Made by a program: the position numbers and the translations under genes
In this document: piece by piece, positions 10,362-20,600 of the stretch
Numbering within the stretch: the first letter of the stretch is position 1
Layout of the letters: each line of letters starts with the position of its first letter
Assembly: GCA_963663225.1 (NCBI GenBank)
Contig: OY760142.1
Coordinates: 224,001 to 288,000, forward strand
Direction of reading: 5' to 3'
Source: Nitrospirota bacterium
GTDB lineage: Bacteria; Nitrospirota; UBA9217
DNA length: 64,000 bases
Notes under the pieces: model-generated
Told to the model about the DNA's origin: nothing
Database searches by the model: none
What the model saw: only the letters and a program-made list of their open reading frames with translations

Positions 10362-11924
10362 TTATAGGATCCGTACTCCTAAGATCTGACTAATAACTTC
10401 CTCAAGCAAAACCAAACCGACAATGCCGAGATAGATGGCAGCGGCTTTATAATATTTTCTGTCGAGCAGCCGCGATGCCGCCCGGTCCTCTTCCGTTTCA
10501 ATTTGCGGCACAGTCGCCAAAAGGGGAAGCTTGAGGCCGTTTTCAAGCAAATCTTCATTTTTAAAGGTTGGATCTAAATAATCGAGCGCAACCACCGAAG
10601 CAATACCCGCGATTATTCCCAAAAACAGTCCAACCAGGATCATTTTTACCCTATTCGGGAAAATTGGTAGATGCGGTTCGACAGGCGGATCCATAATCTT
10701 GAAGGTAGAATTTTGCCCCAGTTCCAGATCTCTTGATACCCTCGCGCTTTCCAACTTGATCAAAAGATCGTCATAAATTCTCTGATAAACAGCTCGATTG
10801 CGTTGCAGTTTCGTCCATTCCTCCTGCTCTTTCGGCATCTTTCTGAGAAGTGACTGCCCCTCCTGCTGCTGTTTCGTCAGTTCTCCCTGGCGCGCGCGCA
10901 GTGTCTCAATTTCCGTCTCGGTCCTGGCCAACTCTTCCCGCAACTGCTGGTAAACCGGATTGACAGCCGCAGTCTCTGTTCCGGCACCTTCATGTCGCTG
11001 TGTAGAAGCCATTGCAATCTGTTTTTTCAACTCCTCAATTTCATTCTTAACTTTTATTACTTCCGGATAATCCTCGGTATATTTCGTCGTCAAGAGGATG
11101 AGTTGATTGTTCAACTGGCTTAACCGTGCCTGCGGTGATCCTTCTCGGGTAACAAAGGCAACGGTCAGCTCTTTTTCACCCGAAAGCTGTTTTTTGAGGC
11201 TTTCCCGTTTCTTTTCCAGTTCACGAAGTTTGATTTCCGCATCGATTTTTCCGGATTGGAAGGTTTCGATTCTGCTGACTACCGTATTTTCGCTCTGCGG
11301 CACCAGCGTCGGATGCTGCTCCCTGAACTCCCGTATAAGCTTATCGGAGGCATCAAGTTTCTCCCGGTATTCATTCAATTCTTTTTCGATAAAACTGAAT
11401 GCTCCGTAAACATCCTGCGTCCGGGAGCTTTCGTTTATCGCTATGCATTCGCTGATGTGGGTATTCACCAGGCTGGTCACTTTTTTCGGATCACCGCCGC
11501 GATACGCAATTGAAAAATAGAGGTCAGATGCTGTAGCTCCACCGCTCCGGACGGTAACCGTAAGGCTTTTTCGCATTCCTTCAATCAGGCTTTCGTATTG
11601 AGTCGGATTGCTGATTTTGTCGTCGAGATTGAGCTTTTTAATGACGCGTTCAATAAGGCTTCTGCTGGTTAAAATATTTCTCAGGTTTCTCAGCCGCTCT
11701 TCCAGGCTTACCGTGACACCCACGCCCTGCATCAGGGGGTTGATCAGAGATGTGCCCTGGATGTACACCGTGGCGTTTGCTTCGTATGTCTTGGGCATAA
11801 GGAAACCGCCCCAGGTAAAGACGGATATCACGATAAGCGCCACAGCAATCGCCAGATATCTTCTTTTGTACAGGATGCCGAGATAATACTTAAAATCAAT
11901 TTTAAAGGCGCCGTTTTCTTCCAT
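10362..11924 (-). CDS. Polysaccharide chain-length determinant (Wzz/GumC-like)
   Basis: N- and C-terminal TM segments, long coiled coil, KYTEDYPEVI motif. Confidence 0.9.
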   Translation of the reverse strand: MEENGAFKIDFKYYLGILYKRRYLAIAVALIVISVFTWGGFLMPKTYEANATVYIQGTSLINPLMQGVGVTVSLEERLRNLRNILTSRSLIERVIKKLNLDDKISNPTQYESLIEGMRKSLTVTVRSGGATASDLYFSIAYRGGDPKKVTSLVNTHISECIAINESSRTQDVYGAFSFIEKELNEYREKLDASDKLIREFREQHPTLVPQSENTVVSRIETFQSGKIDAEIKLRELEKKRESLKKQLSGEKELTVAFVTREGSPQARLSQLNNQLILLTTKYTEDYPEVIKVKNEIEELKKQIAMASTQRHEGAGTETAAVNPVYQQLREELARTETEIETLRARQGELTKQQQEGQSLLRKMPKEQEEWTKLQRNRAVYQRIYDDLLIKLESARVSRDLELGQNSTFKIMDPPVEPHLPIFPNRVKMILVGLFLGIIAGIASVVALDYLDPTFKNEDLLENGLKLPLLATVPQIETEEDRAASRLLDRKYYKAAAIYLGIVGLVLLEEVISQILGVRIL

Positions 11925-11933
11925 GCAACCCTC

Positions 11934-12830
11934 CTAAAACCAGCTTGTCTTGACCGTAACCACATCACCAGGCCGTAAGGTGAAATTTTTGCCTATGTCT
12001 CCGTTCATGACATCTTTTATTTTTACTTTATGATTCTGAACCGCATCGCCTTCCTTTCGGGAGACAAGAACGTTGTTTTTGCTTGCGAACTCGGTAAAAC
12101 CTCCCGCAGCCAGTATAGCGTCAAGAGCCGTCATGCCTTCGCTATAAGGGATAATGCCCGGCGTCCTGACCGCACCGGTCACTCGAATGCGGTTGCTGAA
12201 CCCTCCTGGGAGATAAATGATATCATTCGGTTCAAGCTTTACATCCTGGGAGTAATCGCCTTTTCCCACCAGTTGCTCAAAACTGACGGCAACTTTTTTC
12301 CCGGCTCTCAGCAAATAGGCATTGGGTAAATCAATGTTGCTGACTGATCCCAACTGTGCAAGAAGCTGCAGCAGCGTTGTATTTCTTCTGAGTGTAATCT
12401 GTCCGGAAGCTGCTCCACCGGCTCCGGCAGCGGCGCTGGCTGTTTGTCCGGCTGTGTCTGACAGCAACGCATTTGATCGGGAGACGCCGTCTCCGAAAAC
12501 ATACACTTTAAAACTATTAATTGCCGTCACCGTGATGCTGACGACCGGCGCTTTTACATACCGCAGGAGCTCTTTTTCAATGACTTTTTTCAATTCAAGG
12601 GGGGTTTTGCCTTCCGCCTTGATGTCGCCGACAAGAGGCATTGAGACCATTCCATCCGGTCTTACCGGAACATGAACACTCAATTCATTGTTTCCCCATA
12701 CTGATATCTGCAGCATGTCTTCCGCACCGATGACGTATCCTTCCGCATGAGCTGTTTTCATGTTCAGAGACAGCAGCGTCATTAAAAAAACCGATAAAAC
12801 GGCCAAGACCATCTTGTACGTTGATCTCAT
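11934..12830 (-). CDS. Polysaccharide export protein (Wza-like, SLBB domains)
   Basis: YVIGAEDMLQISVW, VRPDGMVSMPLVGDI, AGGFTEFA. Start at ATG 12830 after a GGGGG RBS. Confidence 0.9.
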   Translation of the reverse strand: MRSTYKMVLAVLSVFLMTLLSLNMKTAHAEGYVIGAEDMLQISVWGNNELSVHVPVRPDGMVSMPLVGDIKAEGKTPLELKKVIEKELLRYVKAPVVSITVTAINSFKVYVFGDGVSRSNALLSDTAGQTASAAAGAGGAASGQITLRRNTTLLQLLAQLGSVSNIDLPNAYLLRAGKKVAVSFEQLVGKGDYSQDVKLEPNDIIYLPGGFSNRIRVTGAVRTPGIIPYSEGMTALDAILAAGGFTEFASKNNVLVSRKEGDAVQNHKVKIKDVMNGDIGKNFTLRPGDVVTVKTSWF

Positions 12831-13025
12831 AATTTCCCCCCGCAATTTTTTCGCAGAATAGCACCGCATTTTTGCAATGCTCCGCCCTCTCAGTCACAGA
12901 CACGTGCCGGAGGGATAAAAAACCATTGTTTACATCCACTTCTTGCACAGCATCAGCTCCAAAAAACATTGTTCCGTGTTTGGTCGCTGATTTTTACGAT
13001 CGAACGGCGAGCATTCAATTGTTTG

Positions 13026-13601
13026 TCAACACAATGATTCTACTTCCTGGGCTGCCACTCGTATGGAAACGCTTCTGCCGAGCAGTTCTACAGTAACCTG
13101 GAACAGATATTCGTTTTCTTTCCGGATCAGAATGCCTTCTGCATTTTTGAGCGGGCCGTTTTTAATCCGGATCCGGGTCCCCTGTTTCAAGTGCGGATAG
13201 ACATCCAGCTCTTTGCCGCTCTCGACGAGAAGCCGTAAGGAATCTATCTCTTCGGGAGCAACCGGTGTCGGCTTGCCGGGTTCCAGCGAGATGAAAGTCA
13301 CAACCCCTCGTGTCCTCAGCACGTCTAGGAACGCCTCAGGTCCGGGACTAATTTTCACGAAAAGGTATCCTGGAAACAGTGGATATTTGACGATCTTTTT
13401 TCTGTCTTTCCACTGGCTGACCCGCTTTGCAGCAGGCAGAAATGCTTCCAGATTTTTTTCAGTCAGTTCATCCAGAACAACGAATTCATGCCGCGATTTT
13501 ACATGAACGGCATACCAGCATACCGTCTGCTCTGCCGGCGATTGTCGACTAAAATGAGATTCCGAAAACACTATAGACCGTGCCAGTTCACATTGATTCA
13601 T
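13026..13601 (-). CDS. NusG-paralog transcription antiterminator (UpxY/TaA/RfaH-like)
   Basis: WYAVHVKSRHE, PLFPGYLFV, KOW motif GTRIRIKNGPL. Start at ATG 13601 after AAGGA. Confidence 0.9.
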   Translation of the reverse strand: MNQCELARSIVFSESHFSRQSPAEQTVCWYAVHVKSRHEFVVLDELTEKNLEAFLPAAKRVSQWKDRKKIVKYPLFPGYLFVKISPGPEAFLDVLRTRGVVTFISLEPGKPTPVAPEEIDSLRLLVESGKELDVYPHLKQGTRIRIKNGPLKNAEGILIRKENEYLFQVTVELLGRSVSIRVAAQEVESLC

Positions 13602-13703
13602 GAGTTCCACGTTTCCTTTTATTTCCGTATTCCCGATTTTCCAGTCCATGCAGGCGACAGGAAAGGACTTACCGATCACCGTTTAGGCAAAACATGCATA
13701 ATT

Positions 13704-14600
13704 TTATTCCGGATCCTGTATCCCCAGAGCATGAAGAAGAGCGGAATAATCGATACTTTTTCTCACACCCTGATCATGAGAACCCCAATAGAGCGTTTCA
13801 AAGTCGAGGTCCTTTACGATATCCCGGACCATAGCGGGGTCAACCTCTTTCGTTTCTTCAATAAAAGCGGTCAACAGCAGGAAGTCACACATGATGTTTA
13901 CCAGCCGTGGGACTCCCTTTGTGTACTGGTAAATAAGATCAATGCTCCCATCGGAAAACGTTACGGCGTCTCTGTTGCCAGCCACTTCATGACGGTGCAG
14001 AATATACTCTAGCGTCTCTTCTTTTGTCAGCGGGCTGATCCGGCAATTGATGCTGATGCGCTGACGAAGTTGACGCAGCTGCGGTAGGGCAAGAACATCC
14101 CTCAGTTCAGGCTGGCCGACGAGAACAATTTGCAGCAGTTTCGAGGTGCTGGTCTCCAGATTTGACAGCATCCTGATTTCTTCCAGCAGATCAGGCTTTA
14201 GGTTCTGCGCCTCATCAATAATAAGAACCGGATTAAAGCGCCTCGCATGCTGTTCTATCAGAAAATCATTCAGGTCTTTGAACAGCGTGACTTTGTCCTT
14301 TCCTTGCACTGCAAGCCCGAAATCATCATTGATCATAGCGATCAACTGTTCGGAAGTAACTTTTGTGTTAAAAATCTTAGCGAGAGTGACATTGCCTGCC
14401 AGTCTTTTAATAAGATCGCTGATAAGCGTCGTTTTACCTGAGCCGACTTCTCCCGTCAGGAGTATAAAGCCCGCCTTTTCCCGTATTCCATATTGCAGAT
14501 AGTGAATCGCCCGTTTATGGGTTCTGCTCATGTACAGGAAATCAGGGTTCGGTATAAGCTCAAACGGTTTTGTTTTAAAATTAAAAAATGCTTCATACAT
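13704..14600 (-). CDS. ExeA-like ATPase, PEP-CTERM-system-associated
   Basis: MYEAFFNFKTKPF, GEVGSGKT, IIDEAQNL, LVGQPEL, QLRQRI, GVPRLVN. Confidence 0.9.
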   Translation of the reverse strand: MYEAFFNFKTKPFELIPNPDFLYMSRTHKRAIHYLQYGIREKAGFILLTGEVGSGKTTLISDLIKRLAGNVTLAKIFNTKVTSEQLIAMINDDFGLAVQGKDKVTLFKDLNDFLIEQHARRFNPVLIIDEAQNLKPDLLEEIRMLSNLETSTSKLLQIVLVGQPELRDVLALPQLRQLRQRISINCRISPLTKEETLEYILHRHEVAGNRDAVTFSDGSIDLIYQYTKGVPRLVNIMCDFLLLTAFIEETKEVDPAMVRDIVKDLDFETLYWGSHDQGVRKSIDYSALLHALGIQDPE

Positions 14601-14689
14601 AGAATTGCTGTCCTTCCTGCACAGGTTTCTAGGGAACCGCTGCCGTAGTGCCTCCTGCCGGTAGCGCTCTAACTAACCTGTTGCCTGCT

Positions 14690-15112
14690 TCATATTTCTA
14701 CTCTTATTTCCGGCTTCGCTGCATTGCTGACCAGAGCTGATTCAGCACCGCTTTTACAGTTTTCCATGATTTGATTTACGAGATCCCGGAATTTCGTATA
14801 ATCAAGCGGCTTTATCATACAATGCAGCAGTGATTTGTCCACGTTATCGAGCATGATTGCCAAATCTCGGTTCAGCCGGTCAGAAAGGATGATGACCGGA
14901 AGTTTTGTTTTAACAAGCTCTGCCAGTACGACTGCCCCATATGGATAGCTTGTTATGACGAGACCGAAATCTTCGCAGTTCAGTATTGATGTGATGCTTT
15001 GAAGATCGCTGGTAACAATAGTGGAATACTTTTCTTTTTCCAGTATTGCCGAGCAGATACGTGCAAATCTTGCTTCATCAATTATTAATATCTTCTTTGT
15101 TTGGATTTCCAT
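14690..15112 (-). CDS. Atypical single-domain receiver (pseudo-REC) protein
   Basis: KILIIDE and MIKPLD motifs present, but the phospho-Asp position reads LVITSYP. Confidence 0.7.
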   Translation of the reverse strand: MEIQTKKILIIDEARFARICSAILEKEKYSTIVTSDLQSITSILNCEDFGLVITSYPYGAVVLAELVKTKLPVIILSDRLNRDLAIMLDNVDKSLLHCMIKPLDYTKFRDLVNQIMENCKSGAESALVSNAAKPEIRVEI

Positions 15113-15127
15113 GGCAATAATACTAAT

Positions 15128-15143
15128 AGCAAATTCAATGCCT
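15128..15143 (-). promoter_or_regulatory. sigma54 (-24/-12) promoter of the EPS operon
   Basis: Minus strand AGGCATTGAATTTGCT (GG-N10-GC), 15 bp before the ATG at 15112. Confidence 0.75.
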
Positions 15144-15202
15144 GAGATAAAAGTCCAATTATTAAGGCAGTTTCAATTTAAAAAATCAGCTTTCCAGAAA
15201 TT

Positions 15203-15324
15203 TGTTTCTCAAGTATACACATTTCAAAAAAAGTCGTTGTTTTCGGTTGTATCCAATGGATACAAAATTGACAACGTATTGGAAACTAACAATTTATATT
15301 TTATAACTGTTTCTTTTAGAAACA
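15203..15324. promoter_or_regulatory. Array of TGT-N11-ACA enhancer-like sites
   Basis: TGTTTCTCAAGTATACA (15203-19), TGTATCCAATGGATACA (15248-64), TGTTTCTTTTAGAAACA (15308-24), plus a near-match at 15275-91. Confidence 0.6.
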
Positions 15325-15610
15325 CATTTTGGTGTGCGGTTATCTCGTTTTCCTATTATTTTATTGCCGACAGCATTTTTTTTGGGCATTTTTTTACACA
15401 GGTGGCTATGAAAACATCCTTTTTTTCACGGTCCTTCAGCAGAACCATTCTTGCAATCCTTTATAAAACAATGAATTTCTCCATCCATTTTCGTTAAGAA
15501 AGAAACTGATTTTTTGAGCATGTTTTTTGCTAGTTACTATTCTCAAAAAGTACGCATTTCTGCAGGGCAAAGACTCAAAGCAAGTTTTTATCAAGAGGAG
15601 GCTTTGGTTT

Positions 15611-17440
15611 ATGTGTGGTATTGTCGGATACGTTGGTAAAACTGGTTCTCTCCAGGTGCTCGTTGACGGACTTAAGCGACTTGAATACCGGGGATATGAT
15701 TCAGCAGGCATAGCTTTTGTCAACGGGAATGGCCTTGAAGTGTGCAAAACCAAGGGGAAACTCAAGGATCTTCAGCGTATGCTCCCCGATCCTGCTCCTG
15801 CAGTACGAATGGGGCTTGGCCATACACGCTGGGCCACCCACGGTGGTCCTTCATCGGTCAATGCACATCCACACCGTGTTGAAGGCATTGCCGTAGTGCA
15901 TAATGGAATTATAGAAAACTACAGGGAATTGAAGACAACTTTGGAAAGCGAAGGGCATACTTTTCTCTCTGAAACAGACACTGAGGTTGTGCCGCAACTG
16001 ATTGCAAAATATATGAACAAAGGCCTTCCGATCAGGGAAGCAATTCGGTCAGCCGTTGCTCAGCTGCACGGTTCTTATGCGCTTGGTATCATCAGCGAGC
16101 AGCATCCCAATACCCTTTTTGCAGTAAGAAAAGGAAGCCCGCTCGTTCTTGGAATCGGCACGGATGATTTTTACTTCGCTTCCGACATTCCGGCAATCCT
16201 TCCTTACACCCGCAAATTCATATTCATGGAAGACGGACAGCTGTGCACCCTCACCGGGGAAGGAATGGATATTCGACTTGTTGAATCCGATGCCGTTGTC
16301 TCCAATTTAGGCAAGGTAATAGAGATCGACTGGACGTCCGATATGGCCGAAAAAGACGGCTATGATCACTTCATGCACAAGGAAATATACGAGCAACCCC
16401 GTGCAATCACTGCGACAATCAGCGAACGCCTACAAAGTCCTCTTAACTTTCTTTCCGAGCTTGGAATCTACGTCCAAAGAAAATCGGATGTAAAAAAGCT
16501 GCACATCGTTTCCTGCGGCACGTCGTATCACGCGGCGCTCGTCGGGAAATATATGATTGAAAATATTGTTCGCATTCCGGTAAGCGTTGATATCGCCTCG
16601 GAATATCGCTATCGGCAGCCCATCATTGAGAAGGGTACGCTTTTTGTTGCAATCACTCAATCGGGGGAAACAGCTGATACGCTTGCGGCTCAGCGCGAAG
16701 CGAAACGTCTTGGAGCATTGACGCTCACCATCTGCAATGTCGTGGGAAGCACATCAACACGCGAAGCTGATTCGGTTCTTTACACCCGATCAGGGCCGGA
16801 AATCGGTGTCGCATCTACGAAAACATTTACTTCGCAGATGGCGGCATTATGTGTTTTGGCTCTTGCCATGGGGTTCAAAAAATCCACGATTTCTCAGGCA
16901 GAATATGACGCGCTGAAGTCTCATCTTATTGAAATTCCCGCGCTCATAGAGAAGACATTGCAATCGGATGCAAAAATCAAGGAGCTTGCAAAAACCCTCG
17001 CGCAGGCAAAGGATTTTTTGTATCTCGCGCGGGGAATAAACTATCCACTTGCTCTCGAAGGGGCCTTAAAATTAAAGGAAATTTCTTATATACACGCCGA
17101 GGGGTATCCGGCAGGCGAAATGAAACATGGTCCCATAGCTCTCATCGACCAGAATCTGCCGGTTGTTGTGGTCGCCTCCTCAAATGATCTTTTTGAAAAG
17201 ATATTCTCCAACATAGAAGAAGTGAAAGCCCGGGGAGGACGGGTTGTTGCAATAACTGATATCCCCGAGGCGATGAAGGGAAAGGCTGATGATGTCATAA
17301 CCGTACCATCAACCCATCCGCTGCTTACTCCCTTTGTTAACGTAATCCCTCTCCAGCTCCTTGCATACCATATCGGCGTGCTGAGAAACTGCGATGTGGA
17401 TCAGCCACGAAACCTTGCGAAAAGCGTGACGGTTGAATAA
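15611..17440 (+). CDS. glmS: Glutamine--fructose-6-phosphate transaminase
   Basis: MCGIVG start (GAGGAGG RBS), EYRGYDSAG, GHTRWATHG, QSGETADT, PRNLAKSVTVE. Confidence 0.97.
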   Translation: MCGIVGYVGKTGSLQVLVDGLKRLEYRGYDSAGIAFVNGNGLEVCKTKGKLKDLQRMLPDPAPAVRMGLGHTRWATHGGPSSVNAHPHRVEGIAVVHNGIIENYRELKTTLESEGHTFLSETDTEVVPQLIAKYMNKGLPIREAIRSAVAQLHGSYALGIISEQHPNTLFAVRKGSPLVLGIGTDDFYFASDIPAILPYTRKFIFMEDGQLCTLTGEGMDIRLVESDAVVSNLGKVIEIDWTSDMAEKDGYDHFMHKEIYEQPRAITATISERLQSPLNFLSELGIYVQRKSDVKKLHIVSCGTSYHAALVGKYMIENIVRIPVSVDIASEYRYRQPIIEKGTLFVAITQSGETADTLAAQREAKRLGALTLTICNVVGSTSTREADSVLYTRSGPEIGVASTKTFTSQMAALCVLALAMGFKKSTISQAEYDALKSHLIEIPALIEKTLQSDAKIKELAKTLAQAKDFLYLARGINYPLALEGALKLKEISYIHAEGYPAGEMKHGPIALIDQNLPVVVVASSNDLFEKIFSNIEEVKARGGRVVAITDIPEAMKGKADDVITVPSTHPLLTPFVNVIPLQLLAYHIGVLRNCDVDQPRNLAKSVTVE

Positions 17441-17551
17441 ACAGGGTTTTCTCGGCGCAGCACGAAGAGGTCGGAGGACCTTATCCGCCCGGATGGAATG
17501 GGACACTCCGCATGCTTCAACAAACAGCTGTGGCCGTCCGGTCCTAAAAAA

Positions 17552-17581
17552 AGGCGTTGCAGGATTAGTCCTGCAACGCCT
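17552..17581. terminator. Intrinsic terminator between convergent glmS and stnC-like gene
   Basis: AGGCGTTGCAGGA-TTAG-TCCTGCAACGCCT perfect stem, preceded by an A-run (U-tract on the minus strand). Confidence 0.85.
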
Positions 17582-17609
17582 CTCTCAACACACAATCTTT
17601 ATCTAGGAA

Positions 17610-20600
17610 TCAATAATCATATTTTGGTTTTTTGCAGAAAAGCCCCTTGTCTCTTGCTGCATTGATAAGGGAAAATGACTCGACAGCATTGTCGGCAATC
17701 CCTTTATAGTGCGGCATCTTTTCAGCAATCAATCCTCTGACATGATCCATGCTATACGATTTCCCCGTTGCCTCCTGCAGTATCATGTTCAGGACCTCGA
17801 AGTTTGATACGCCCTGAAGCGGATCGAAAGCCTTTTTGAATTTCACGACTTTTCCATCAAAGGAAACAATCGATCCTTCCGATTCGATATTCGGAGCATA
17901 CGGAAGAACAACCTCGGCGCTGGCGGTTATATCATTCTCGAAAGACGAGAGCGCAGCAACAAAGTCGACCCCTTTCGGAGAAAGATCAGAGATACTTATA
18001 TTTTCATTCAGCGAAAGTATCGCCTTGATTTTCCCTTTCTGCAAGGATTCCTTAATCGCTTTGAGTTTGTCAGCCGAGGAGAACCCGGTCGAGCCGTCGA
18101 ACACGATATCCCGGTACCCCTGGCTGTTGCTGTTTTTGTGGATAACGGCGATGCCGTTATTCGCCTTGTTCATGCGGCCCGTGCTGAGCAACAGGTTAAC
18201 GGCTGCCTTGATATCCTTGAGGTTTGCGCCATCAACCGTATCATTATAAAGAACAATGGCGTTCTTTGCGCCGTCAAGCAGGGCTGCCGCGACAGTCTCA
18301 ACTTTATCCAGGTTTTTGGGATACGTTTCCTTGAGGACTCCCGACTTGAATTTTTCAAATCCCTCAATGGCAGCTGCCGCTTTGGCGTCGAATGCCTTGT
18401 TGCTGATCACACTCTTGAGAATGGCATTGATTATCTGCCCTTCCTCACCGGTCTTGCAATCAATATGGACGGACACGTATTTCTCAAGTTCAGAATTGAG
18501 CGGTCCTATCTGGACAAGCTGTGCGCCCTTTGCAACTGCCCTTTTTACCTGGAAACCGAACACAGGGCTGTTCAGCGTCAGTCCGGAGCCGATATTGATA
18601 ATCACGTTTGCCTTTGCCACATCTTCGCGCGTGGCGGAAGAAATATTCATACCCGTCATCTCGCTGATATCGGGTATCTCCGCACGCACGATATCTTCTG
18701 CAGAGGCTATATTGGAAGAACCGTAATGCTTTGCTATCGACGAAAGAAGGAATACTTCCTCATTCGTCGCGGACGGAGAAACAAGGAACAGCAGGGAGTC
18801 GCCGCCCTGTTTGCTTTTGATATCATTGAGCCGCGCCGTTAATTTAGCGATCGCCGTCCGGATGGGAACGGCCCCCTTCCCATTCTCATAGCTTTCAGCA
18901 ATTCTGCCGTCCTGCTTCAAATAGGTGCTCTCGAATCTGCCTTTCTTGCACAGTTCTCCTTCAACATATTTTTCATAGGGTTTCGCGGTCAGATAGAAAA
19001 TATCCCGGTCGTATGCGTTGATGTCGATTTCGCAAGCAACGCTGCAGTCGGAACAAACCGACCGTTTCGCCGTGGTTTTAAACGGCGCCTGTCTCTTGAA
19101 GGGGTAGTTGAACTCGATTGCCCCTGTGGGACAGACTTCGATGCAGTTGCCGCAGGAAATGCATGAGGTTTCCGCAAGCGGTCTATCCATTGACGGCTTC
19201 ACCACGGTTGAGTAGCCGCGGTTTATAAACCCGAGGGCATGAATGCCGATCAGGTCTCCGCAATACCGTACGCACCTTCCACAGAGCACGCATTTGTTCG
19301 GATCGAGTGAAATATAGGGGTGCTGATCGTCAACCTTGGATTTTTTAAATTTGCCAGTATATGCCTTCTGCACCGCACCGACTGCGGTGGAGTAATCCTT
19401 GAGGTCGCAGTCATAAATGGTGACGCAACCGCAGGCAAGGCACCGGTTTGCTTCGTGGGAAACGATTTCAGGAGTGACCCCGAGATCAACTTCATCGAAC
19501 GTCTTGATTCTTTCCGCGGGATCCAGCTTTTTGCTATGGCTGCGTTCGACCTGTTCGATATGCGCAAAGGACGCCTTGTCGAGTTTTTCAAGCGCCGCCT
19601 TGTCGCTGACGAATTCATCGTGAATCGGAACGATTTTGCCAGTCGAAATATATTTGTCGATGACCGTCGCGGCCTTTCTTCCCATGCCGATGGCATCAAT
19701 GGCCGCCATGGGCCCGCTCGCAACGTCGCCGCCGGCAAAAATCCCCGAAATATTCGTAGCTGTCGACTTCGGATCGAAATCAATTGTTTTCCATTTGGTT
19801 GTTTTTATTTCACCAAACGTCTTGTTTGCCAGCGAGGAGAGATCGGCTTCCTGGCCAATCGCGGAAACGATCATATCGCACTTGAATACAAACTCGGAAT
19901 TTTCCTTCTGGATCGGCTTTCTTCTGCCGCTCGCATCCGGCTCTCCCAGATACATCTCAAAGCACTCGAGACCGATCAGTTTTCCATTCTCGGCAACCAC
20001 TCTCTTGGGAGCCGTAAGCATCTTAAACTCGATGCCCTCTTCGACCGAATCATGGATCTCTTCCTTATCGGCAGGCATTTCATCCAGCGTACGGCGGTAC
20101 AAGAGCGCCACTTTGTCTGCTCCGCACCGGACTGCCGTTCTCGCCACGTCGATCGCCGTGTTGCCGCCGCCGACAACCGCCACGGTTCCGCTCAAGCGCG
20201 GCAGAACAGCCGCCTTTTTGACATCTTCAAGGAATTTGATGCCGGTCTGAACAAAGGGAGAATTTTCTCCATCAATGCCCATGGGTTTTCCGACCCAGGA
20301 ACCGATGGCAAGATAAACGGCGCTGTATCCCTTTGCCTTTAATTCATCAAGAGTGATGTCTTTTCCGAGCTTCACTCCTGTCTCGACATTTATGCCGTGG
20401 GAAATAATGAAGTTGACTTCCTTATCGAGCACTTTTGCAGGCAAGCGATATTCGGGGATTCCGTAGCGCACCATACCGCCGAGCTTCGGCTGAGCTTCGA
20501 AAATGGTGACTTCATATCCCTTCTTGGCAAGAAAATACGCGCAGGTCAGACCCGAAGGGCCACCGCCGACAACCGCGACTTTTTTGCCGTTCTTCGGAGC

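Noticed and set aside
15440-15610. glmS ribozyme or a sigma54 promoter upstream of glmS
   Set aside because: No ribozyme core is recognisable, and GAGCATGTTTTTTGCT (15516-31) has AG in place of the invariant GG
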